64,000 bases of DNA from NCBI GenBank assembly GCA_913020145.1, contig CAJWAI010000003.1, positions 1,243 through 65,242 on the forward strand, in the 5' to 3' direction. Origin of the DNA: an uncultured Gammaproteobacteria bacterium (GTDB lineage Bacteria; Pseudomonadota; Gammaproteobacteria; Magnimaribacterales; TMED112). Below the pieces are notes generated by a model that saw nothing but the letters and a program-made list of their open reading frames with translations, ran no database searches and was not told where the DNA came from. The position numbers and the translations under genes were made by a program. Below, piece after piece: positions 52,268 through 59,716 of the stretch (positions are counted from its first letter, which is position 1; the number at the start of each line of letters is the position of its first letter).

Positions 52268-52743
52268 AATTTAAGCTCTTTTGTTGAAATCAAGATGCCA
52301 TTTTGATCACAATAAGCCCAGTCATTTCTGTTTATTGAAGTGTTGCCAAAATTTAATGTCTCAGATCTGCTTCCTTGACCTTTTTTCTTACTTCTTTTTG
52401 GTGAACTTGCTATAGCCATAATGCCTATAGATAGACTTGATAGTATTTCAACATCTCTTACACAACCGTTTATGACTATTCCAGACCAATTATTATCTAT
52501 TGCTTTGGCAGCTAACATATCACCGAGAAGAGCACACTTCATCGACTTAGAGCCATCAACAAAAAGCAATCTATTATTGCCATTCTCCTCTAATATTTCT
52601 TTTACATACGAATTGTCATCAGGACAAATTGCTGTCTCTATTTGCCCATGGAAAGATTTAATACTTCCATAATGATTAAAAGAAAGTTCAATGACTTTTG
52701 CATCGTCGTTTTGGTCAGATAAATCAGGAGTTGAAAACATCAC
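52264..52743 (-). CDS. rraA: RraA-family protein (RNase E regulator / HMG aldolase fold)
   Basis: TPDLSD, LFVDGSKSMKCALLGDMLAAKAIDNNWSGIVINGCVRDV. Confidence 0.85.
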   Translation of the reverse strand: MMFSTPDLSDQNDDAKVIELSFNHYGSIKSFHGQIETAICPDDNSYVKEILEENGNNRLLFVDGSKSMKCALLGDMLAAKAIDNNWSGIVINGCVRDVEILSSLSIGIMAIASSPKRSKKKGQGSRSETLNFGNTSINRNDWAYCDQNGILISTKELKF

Positions 52744-52778
52744 AATAGTATTTTACATCAGCAACCAAATAATTCATT

Positions 52779-53738
52779 ATGACAAATGAAATGCAGAAAT
52801 TTTTTATCACCTTAATTTTACTTTTTTCATCATTTTTATTTTCTAATTCTAAGCCAGTGGCGATAGTTGTGCATGGTGGGGCAGGTTGGTTTGAAAATAT
52901 GCCAGAAGAACAAGTTGAAGGTATTATGAAAGGCCTAGAAGACTCAATGAATATTGGATATGAGATTCTCAATAATGGCGGCTCAAGTTTAGATGCGGTT
53001 GAACAAGCAATAATTCATCTCGAAAACGACCCACTCTTTAATGCAGGCAAGGGGGCAGTTTATACATCTGAACTTAGACAAGAACTTGATGCTTCTATTA
53101 TGCATGGGCTTAATAATGATGCCGGAGCTGTAGCATCAGTAACAAATGTCAAAAACCCTATTTCTCTAGCACGTTATGTTATGGAGAATACTGATCATGT
53201 AATGTTCTCATCAAGAGGAGCTGAGAGGGTCGCTAAAGATGGAGGTTTAGATATTGTTTACCCAAGTTATTTCTACCAAAAAGATAGATTAGAAGATGCC
53301 AAAAGAATAAAAAAAGAAAAAAATAAAATGGGAACAGTCGGAGTAGTAGCAATTGATATGGAAGGAAATATTACTGCTGGAACCTCTACAGGAGGAATGA
53401 CTAATAAGATGCCTGGTCGAATCGGAGATTCTCCTATCATTGGAGCAGGTACATGGGCTGAAAACAATGTTTGTGGCGTATCTGCAACAGGACATGGCGA
53501 GTATTTCATAAGATTTAATGTGGCAAATGAAATATGTGACTTAATTAAGTATAAATCTAAAAATGTTAATGAAGCAGCTGAGATAGTTATTGAAAAACTA
53601 AAATCTATTGGAGCAGATGGAGGGGTCATAGTATTAGACTCTGAAGGAAATGCAGCAATGACTTTTAATACTCCAGCTATGGCAAGAGCCTATAAAAATT
53701 CTAAGGGCGAACAGCTAGTAAAAATATATAAAGATTGA
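52779..53738 (+). CDS. iaaA: Isoaspartyl peptidase / L-asparaginase (Ntn hydrolase)
   Basis: VHGGAG, NAGKGAVYT, autoprocessing GTVGVVAID, TSTGGMTNK, GAGTWAE. Confidence 0.9.
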   Translation: MTNEMQKFFITLILLFSSFLFSNSKPVAIVVHGGAGWFENMPEEQVEGIMKGLEDSMNIGYEILNNGGSSLDAVEQAIIHLENDPLFNAGKGAVYTSELRQELDASIMHGLNNDAGAVASVTNVKNPISLARYVMENTDHVMFSSRGAERVAKDGGLDIVYPSYFYQKDRLEDAKRIKKEKNKMGTVGVVAIDMEGNITAGTSTGGMTNKMPGRIGDSPIIGAGTWAENNVCGVSATGHGEYFIRFNVANEICDLIKYKSKNVNEAAEIVIEKLKSIGADGGVIVLDSEGNAAMTFNTPAMARAYKNSKGEQLVKIYKD

Positions 53739-53980
53739 AAACCTTTCTTGAACAGAATCTATTAAATCTAGATCTTCATGGCGTAAGACATCATGAAGTA
53801 AAAGTTATGGTTGAAGATTTCATACTAAATAATCAAGAACAATTACCCTTAATAATAATTTGTGGTAATTCATCAAAGATGATTGAACTAGTAAGTCAAG
53901 CTTTAAAAGATATCAGTGTAAATTTTGAAGAAACAAGATACGGTAGAATAAGAGTGAATTCATTAGATGCGCAAACTTAA
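53735..53980 (+). CDS. Small Smr-domain-like protein
   Basis: 81 aa. LDLHGVRHHEVKVMVEDFI ... LIIICGNS resembles the Smr LDLHG / IIHGKG pattern. TTG start overlapping the iaaA stop. Confidence 0.45.
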   Translation: MKTFLEQNLLNLDLHGVRHHEVKVMVEDFILNNQEQLPLIIICGNSSKMIELVSQALKDISVNFEETRYGRIRVNSLDAQT

Positions 53981-55070
53981 AATAATTCAGATTCTCCCAA
54001 CATTGAATACAGGCGGTGTTGAAAGAGGGGTCTTAGATTTCAATAAATATTTAATAGGAAAAGGCCATGAATCATACGTAATATCTAACGGCGGCAGACA
54101 GGTAAAAAATTTAATTGATGATGGGGGTAAGCATATACATTTGCAGATAGCAGAGAAAAGTTTATTTACTCTTTTTCAGGCAAAAAAACTTGCTGATGTA
54201 ATTAATGAAATATCTCCAGATGTAATACATATCAGATCAAGAATCCCAGCCTGGGTTTTACAGCTTTCCAAATTATTTATCAAGAACCCAAGACCTTTAA
54301 TATTTTCGACTTTTCACGGACTATATAGCACACCCTTTTATAGCAGAATAATGGCTAGTTTCGATAGGGTAATTGCTATATCCAAAACAGTTGAAACATA
54401 CATTTATGAAAACTATGAGAGACATTTAAAAAAGCCACCAATGCTTATTTATAGGGGGTCAGACGAATCTTATTTTTCACCTAATTTTGAACCAAAACCT
54501 GGGTATATTGATAATTTCTATAGAAAATTGCCTAATTTATTAAATAAAAAAATTGTTGCTTTTCCAGGAAGACTTTCATCGTGGAAAGGACAAGAATCTT
54601 TTATTAAATTAATCTCTGAATTGCCTGATGATTTTTCTGGACTAATTGTTGGGCCTTATAATAATGCTAAGAAAAAATATTTTAAGCGCTTAAATAAACT
54701 TATCGAGAATTACAACACCAAAAGTAGAGTTTTTTTCTATGACGCAAAGGATGACATTAGAGAAATTTATTACCTGTCTGATCTAGTGATGAATCTTTCT
54801 ACTACACCTGAACCATTTGGACGCACTATTCTTGAAGCAGCAATGATGAACAAAAAAATCATTGGCTGGGATCGAGGTGGTGTTGGCGAAGTTTTAGATA
54901 TGTTCTATCCACAAGGAAAAGTTGAATTTGGTAATTTCAAATCTTTGGCAGAAACTGTGGAGAATCTATCTATTTCAGGAGAAAGACCATCAAATGTATT
55001 CCTTACCTCAGAGCTTATGCATTCTAAAACTGTTTCGTTTTATCTCGACACTCTAGAAAATAAATCTTGA
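53967..55070 (+). CDS. GT4 (group 1) glycosyltransferase
   Basis: KIIQILPTLNTGGVERGV N-terminus. C-terminal EPFGRTILEAAMMNKKIIGWDRGG (E-x7-E region). Confidence 0.8.
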   Translation: MRKLKIIQILPTLNTGGVERGVLDFNKYLIGKGHESYVISNGGRQVKNLIDDGGKHIHLQIAEKSLFTLFQAKKLADVINEISPDVIHIRSRIPAWVLQLSKLFIKNPRPLIFSTFHGLYSTPFYSRIMASFDRVIAISKTVETYIYENYERHLKKPPMLIYRGSDESYFSPNFEPKPGYIDNFYRKLPNLLNKKIVAFPGRLSSWKGQESFIKLISELPDDFSGLIVGPYNNAKKKYFKRLNKLIENYNTKSRVFFYDAKDDIREIYYLSDLVMNLSTTPEPFGRTILEAAMMNKKIIGWDRGGVGEVLDMFYPQGKVEFGNFKSLAETVENLSISGERPSNVFLTSELMHSKTVSFYLDTLENKS

Positions 55071-56020
55071 TAAATTCTAATAACTTTTTTAGTTTGAACT
55101 GAAAGTAGATTTTCTTCTTTAACCTTCTTAAAGCACTCTTCTTGTAGCATCTCTAATTCATGAACATTATCGACCCATTGATAAAGTAAATCTTTAAAAC
55201 TCTCATCATTAATTTCAGCAAGAGATGAGGTAGGAAGAAAGTTACTCATAATGCCACATTTAGTTGAAAGTACTGGGACATTACAGAAAAGAGATTCAAA
55301 TAAAACTTTTGGCGAACCTTCTCTATCAGAAGGTATTACTAATGCTTTCGCTTTTGAGAACAGCGCAGCAACATCATTTGTTTCAGGCTCTAATGATATT
55401 TGATCAGACAAATTCAGATCTTCAATTAAATTTTGCATTTCACTCTTTGACGCACCTTCGCCAACCATAATTAATTTTTGATCTATGCCTTTCCAAGCAT
55501 TAATTAGTCTTTTAGGATTCTTGACGGGCTCAAACCTACCCAAATAAAGAAAATATTCGCCTTCAGATCTTGAATAATTATTAAATCTGCTTTCATCGAC
55601 CCAATTTTCTAAAACCATGGAATTTGATGAAGATATTTTTTCTAGTGACTTTTGGCTAGCTCCAAATATAAAGTCTGTTTTTTCAAAAGGAGAAATGTTC
55701 TTCTTAGTCCCATGAATAGTAGAAACATGAAGATCTAGATGATTAAATTTGTTAACAATATTAGTCATCTTGCTTGCATGAGTATGCAATATATCAGGAG
55801 CTATGGAATTAATTATTTTTTTAGTCTGATTCAGCAGAATGGGCGAATGTCTCCATTGATTGGTATCTAAAACTCTATACTCACAACGAAAATTTTCTTT
55901 CAAGCTTTCAGGGCCTACAACAATGACTTCATGGCTTTGTGATTGTTCATAGGAAAGCTCTTCTAAGTGTCTTTCTAACCCAGCAAATACTTTGCTCGAA
56001 AATAGGTGCAAGATTTTCAT
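55040..56020 (-). CDS. GT4 (group 1) glycosyltransferase
   Basis: MKILHLFSSKVFAGLERH, YLGRFEPVKN, PSDREGSPKVLFESLFCNVPVL. Confidence 0.8.
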   Translation of the reverse strand: MKILHLFSSKVFAGLERHLEELSYEQSQSHEVIVVGPESLKENFRCEYRVLDTNQWRHSPILLNQTKKIINSIAPDILHTHASKMTNIVNKFNHLDLHVSTIHGTKKNISPFEKTDFIFGASQKSLEKISSSNSMVLENWVDESRFNNYSRSEGEYFLYLGRFEPVKNPKRLINAWKGIDQKLIMVGEGASKSEMQNLIEDLNLSDQISLEPETNDVAALFSKAKALVIPSDREGSPKVLFESLFCNVPVLSTKCGIMSNFLPTSSLAEINDESFKDLLYQWVDNVHELEMLQEECFKKVKEENLLSVQTKKVIRIYQDLFSRVSR

Positions 56021-56931
56021 AGCCTTTCTAATAATTCTTCAACTACTCTTTTTACTTCTTTAAGGTGTATATTTTTTTGAGGATGAATCAAATCTATATC
56101 TTTAACTGATCGCGACAACAGAAACCGTTTTGTATTTATATAGCCCAAAGAGCCATCACTTTTTAATCTATCAATGTTTTTGCTAACCTTCGTAGAACTT
56201 TCACCATGTTCACTAGCATGTTTTTCATGATGAAAGACATAAACTTTTGTTTTTGTTGAAAGCGCTTCATAAAGCACTGAGACACTTTCAGGAGTAATAA
56301 ATGTTATTTCATTTGTTTGCATTTCTTTCGATAGCCAATCTGAAGAAGTTTCCTTCCAGTTAAAGAATTTTGCATTACCCTTATGTTTTGGAGTAGGCAT
56401 ATTTGGAGATCTAGGCGAAGTGGTTATTGTCCATTGGTAATCATCAAACTTTTCATTTAGCAACCATTCTATCTGTTGGTGGACAACTTTTTTTCGAAAA
56501 TGAAAATGTCTACTTTTCCCACCTATCACCATTAGGCCTTTCTTTTTGTTTGTTTCTTGATCTGAATATCTTGATAATACGCCTTTAGTCGTTATGACAT
56601 TTTTAGGTTTTCCTAAGTGATACTTGTCCATATCTGGCACTATTGCTATATCGAACCATTGCGTAGGCCTTAAAGAAGGTTTCATCAGTACAATGGTTTT
56701 TGCACCTTGACGATTTTTTTTAGCTTTTAACATATGTTTATGTGAGCTATTACCAGCTCCTAAGATAATATCGGGCATTGAATCGTGACCTTGATAATCA
56801 GTGAAATTATGTAATTTGATTCTTTTATGCTTCTCAAATTCAGAAATAAGGGCTTCTATTTGCTTTTCATGGCCTTTTTTTCCATCTTTAAAGGCCCAAA
56901 TGGTAATTTCTTCTTTCTGTTTAAGGGACAT
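56017..56931 (-). CDS. ELM1/GtrOC1-family putative glycosyltransferase (Mito_fiss_Elm1 domain)
   Basis: IWAFKDGKKGHEKQIEAL, PDIILGAGNSSH, VLMKPSLRPTQWFDIAIVPDMD. This pattern matches my recollection of the ELM1-like family found in LOS outer-core loci. Confidence 0.6.
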   Translation of the reverse strand: MSLKQKEEITIWAFKDGKKGHEKQIEALISEFEKHKRIKLHNFTDYQGHDSMPDIILGAGNSSHKHMLKAKKNRQGAKTIVLMKPSLRPTQWFDIAIVPDMDKYHLGKPKNVITTKGVLSRYSDQETNKKKGLMVIGGKSRHFHFRKKVVHQQIEWLLNEKFDDYQWTITTSPRSPNMPTPKHKGNAKFFNWKETSSDWLSKEMQTNEITFITPESVSVLYEALSTKTKVYVFHHEKHASEHGESSTKVSKNIDRLKSDGSLGYINTKRFLLSRSVKDIDLIHPQKNIHLKEVKRVVEELLERL

Positions 56932-56949
56932 AGATTAAAATAATGATAC

Positions 56950-57723
56950 ATGGATCAGAATAATCAATACAAATCTGTTTTTTTATCAGATATACATTTA
57001 GGTTTTGGTGGCTGCCAAAGCGATAAGCTTGACCTTTTCCTTAGCAATCTAAAATGCGAAGAGCTATATCTTGTAGGGGATATTATTGATTTTTGGGCAA
57101 TGGAAGATAATTTCTATTGGCCAGATCTACATACTAAGATAATAGACAGGTTTATTGATCTTAAAGAACAAGGTGTAGATGTAAAATATATTTCTGGCAA
57201 TCACGATGACCCATTAAGAGAAGATAGGATTTTGGAGGATCTTTATAATAGGGGTGAGCCTTATCACACAATAATTAATCAATTAGATAGATTAGATCAT
57301 TCTGAGCAATACGACTTTATGTCAAAAAAGCATGGAAAAATTTTGCTGATTCACGGAGATCAATATGACTCCGTAACTTCTAATGCAAAATGGGTGTCTA
57401 AGCTTGGGGGTTTAATTTACGACGGACTCATACATATAAACCGCCCACTTTCAAAACGCTTAAAAGCTTTAACAAAAAGACTTGTAGATGGAGCTAGTGG
57501 ATTTCATAGAAAAGTAAAAAATGAATGTCATAAAGGCGGATATGCTGGTTTAATGTGTGGACATAATCACAGGCCTGAAATTAAAAAATTCGAAAACCAT
57601 TTTTATCTAAATACTGGCGATTGGGTAGAATCTTGTTCTGCTATAGTTGAGCTAACAGATGGTTCTATTCAGCTAATAAAAATGGATAATGACAATAATA
57701 TTATTAAAGTCGCAGAGTTATGA
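56950..57723 (+). CDS. plcP: PlcP-like metallophosphoesterase (LpxH-related; phospholipase C of the lipid-renovation pathway)
   Basis: VFLSDIHLGFGGCQSDKLDLFLSNLKCEELYLVGDIIDFWAM, SGNHDD, IHGDQYD, GHNHRP. The GC(Q) insertion after DxHLG and GDIID-W are typical of PlcP-type rather than LpxH-type enzymes as I recall them. A GT4 gene follows with a 4-nt overlap. Confidence 0.65.
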   Translation: MDQNNQYKSVFLSDIHLGFGGCQSDKLDLFLSNLKCEELYLVGDIIDFWAMEDNFYWPDLHTKIIDRFIDLKEQGVDVKYISGNHDDPLREDRILEDLYNRGEPYHTIINQLDRLDHSEQYDFMSKKHGKILLIHGDQYDSVTSNAKWVSKLGGLIYDGLIHINRPLSKRLKALTKRLVDGASGFHRKVKNECHKGGYAGLMCGHNHRPEIKKFENHFYLNTGDWVESCSAIVELTDGSIQLIKMDNDNNIIKVAEL

Positions 57724-58712
57724 AGAAAATTTTAATAATTACTGATGCATGGAAGCCCCAAGTTAACGGAGTAGTAACAACTATGACTACTGTAGTAGAA
57801 AGGTTAGAGAAAAAAGGTTTTCATGTAGATGTAATTCATCCTGGCTTGTTTCATACATTTCCACTTCCAAATTATCCGGAGATATCTGTAGCGTGGAATT
57901 TTTGGGATCTTAAAAAGAAAATAAAAAAACTTGAACCAGACTTTTTTCATATCTCTGTTGAAGGACCGCTAGGGCTTACAGCTAGACATTATTGTTTAGA
58001 ACATAAAATACCTTATACATCATGCATCCATACTAAATTTCCTGAGTATGTATACGAGAGATTTGGTATTGGTCTTGATGCCACTAAAGGACTGTTAAAA
58101 TGGTTCCATAATTCTGCTGCTAAAACACTTGTTAACACTAAAAGCCACATGGAGGACCTAACGTCTGATGGTTTCACTGACCTTTTTTTATGGTCAAGAG
58201 GATTTGATGAAAAAATCTTTTACCCAGCTAAGGAAGGAAGCAAAAAAAAATATTTGCTTTATGTTGGCAGAGTTGCAGTTGAAAAAAATATAGAAGAGTT
58301 TTTAAAAATGGAATCTAATTTACCTAAAGTGGTAGTCGGTGGTGGACCTAGCCTTAAGTCATACCAAAAAAAATACCCAGATGTTGAATTTGTTGGATTC
58401 AAGGTAGGTAATGAGTTAGCGGATTTTTATAGAGATGCTGCATGCTTTGTATTCCCATCTAAAACAGATACATTTGGTATTGTTCTAATTGAAGCTCTTG
58501 CATGTGGAACGCCAATAGCTGGCTTTAATGTCACTGGTCCTAAAGATATTGTAATAGAGGGTGTAAATGGATCTCTTGATGAAGAAAATCTTAGTTTAGC
58601 TGTACAAAGAGCACTTGAAGTTACAAGAGAATCAACATTTGAATCCTCAAAAACTTATACTTGGGATAGAGTTGCAGACCAATTTATAGATTCACTAATA
58701 CCAATTAAATAA
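57720..58712 (+). CDS. agt: GT4 glycosyltransferase, Agt-like (diacylglycerol glycosyl/glucuronosyl transferase candidate)
   Basis: MKKILIITDAWKPQVNGVVTTM, FPLPNYPEI, YVGRVAVEKN, PSKTDTFGIVLIEALACGTPIAG. Translationally coupled to plcP. Confidence 0.6.
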   Translation: MKKILIITDAWKPQVNGVVTTMTTVVERLEKKGFHVDVIHPGLFHTFPLPNYPEISVAWNFWDLKKKIKKLEPDFFHISVEGPLGLTARHYCLEHKIPYTSCIHTKFPEYVYERFGIGLDATKGLLKWFHNSAAKTLVNTKSHMEDLTSDGFTDLFLWSRGFDEKIFYPAKEGSKKKYLLYVGRVAVEKNIEEFLKMESNLPKVVVGGGPSLKSYQKKYPDVEFVGFKVGNELADFYRDAACFVFPSKTDTFGIVLIEALACGTPIAGFNVTGPKDIVIEGVNGSLDEENLSLAVQRALEVTRESTFESSKTYTWDRVADQFIDSLIPIK

Positions 58713-58713
58713 G

Positions 58714-59433
58714 ATGTTTGTTTTTTATCCACTTTCAGACGATAACCCAACAACAAGAACACCAATTCTGACTTGGGCATTAATTGGGATTAATGTTCTT
58801 ATTTTTCTTTATCAGCTTTCTATTGGCGATGCATCTAATAATAGACTTATAAGCGACTATGGTGTTAGGCCAAGTGTGTTCACAGATTTTAGTGATCTTC
58901 ATACAATTATCACTTCTGCATTTTTACATGCAGATATCTGGCATTTATTTTTTAATATGTTGTTTCTATATATTTATGGAGACAACATTGAAGCTTATTT
59001 AGGCCGAGTTAATTTTATGATCTTCTATGCTCTTGGAGGTCTTTCTGCAGCATTATTACAATCTATGTTTTCGGGAGGCATGGATGTCCCGATGATAGGT
59101 GCAAGCGGCTGCATATCTGCAATCATGGGAGCCTATTGGGTTCTTTACCCCAAAGCTAAAATTAATGTTTTTCTTTGGATATTTATTTTTATTCAATTTA
59201 TAAAAGTTCCTGCCAGCATAGTAATTGGATTCTGGATACTTGAGCAATTGATTTCTGCAGGTAATGGCTCATACGATGGCGTAGCATATTTTGCTCATAT
59301 AGGAGGGTTCATATTTGGATATGTTGGAATAAAATTCTTTTTTAAGGAATACGTTCAATACGAGGAAATTAGCGAAGGTGACTTGCCAATATCCAGAAAA
59401 AATAAATCTCAAGGACTAACAAAAGATGATTGA
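58714..59433 (+). CDS. Rhomboid-family intramembrane serine protease
   Basis: HADIWHLFFNMLFL, catalytic Ser in GASGCISAIMGAY, catalytic His in FAHIGGFIFG. Confidence 0.88.
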   Translation: MFVFYPLSDDNPTTRTPILTWALIGINVLIFLYQLSIGDASNNRLISDYGVRPSVFTDFSDLHTIITSAFLHADIWHLFFNMLFLYIYGDNIEAYLGRVNFMIFYALGGLSAALLQSMFSGGMDVPMIGASGCISAIMGAYWVLYPKAKINVFLWIFIFIQFIKVPASIVIGFWILEQLISAGNGSYDGVAYFAHIGGFIFGYVGIKFFFKEYVQYEEISEGDLPISRKNKSQGLTKDD

Positions 59434-59716
59434 TAAAATAGAGGAAAGACTATTAAAAAATATTCAATGCATTCATCTTGAGGTTATAGATGAAAGTCCA
59501 AATCATGGCGGGTATGATGGCTCAGTTTCTCATGTAAAAATAATTATTGTTTCCGATGAGTTTAGTGATCAATCTCTAATTAATAGACATAAGTTGGTTT
59601 ATAAAGCTATGGAAGACTTTGTAGGGCAAATACACGCAATATCCATAGTTTCAAAAACTAGCAATCAATGGGAAGAATCTAATGAATATCTTAGTTCTCC
59701 CGAGTGTGCTAAATAA
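59426..59716 (+). CDS. BolA-family protein
   Basis: 96 aa. LEVIDESPNHGG...SHVKIIIVSDEF...INRHKLVYKAM...IHAISI. Confidence 0.8.
   Translation: MIDKIEERLLKNIQCIHLEVIDESPNHGGYDGSVSHVKIIIVSDEFSDQSLINRHKLVYKAMEDFVGQIHAISIVSKTSNQWEESNEYLSSPECAK

Noticed and set aside
56880-56960. Pho box upstream of plcP
   Set aside because: I found no pair of CTGTCAT-like 7-mers with 4-nt spacing in the 18-nt spacer or the adjacent 70 nt, so phosphate regulation remains unproven from the sequence.
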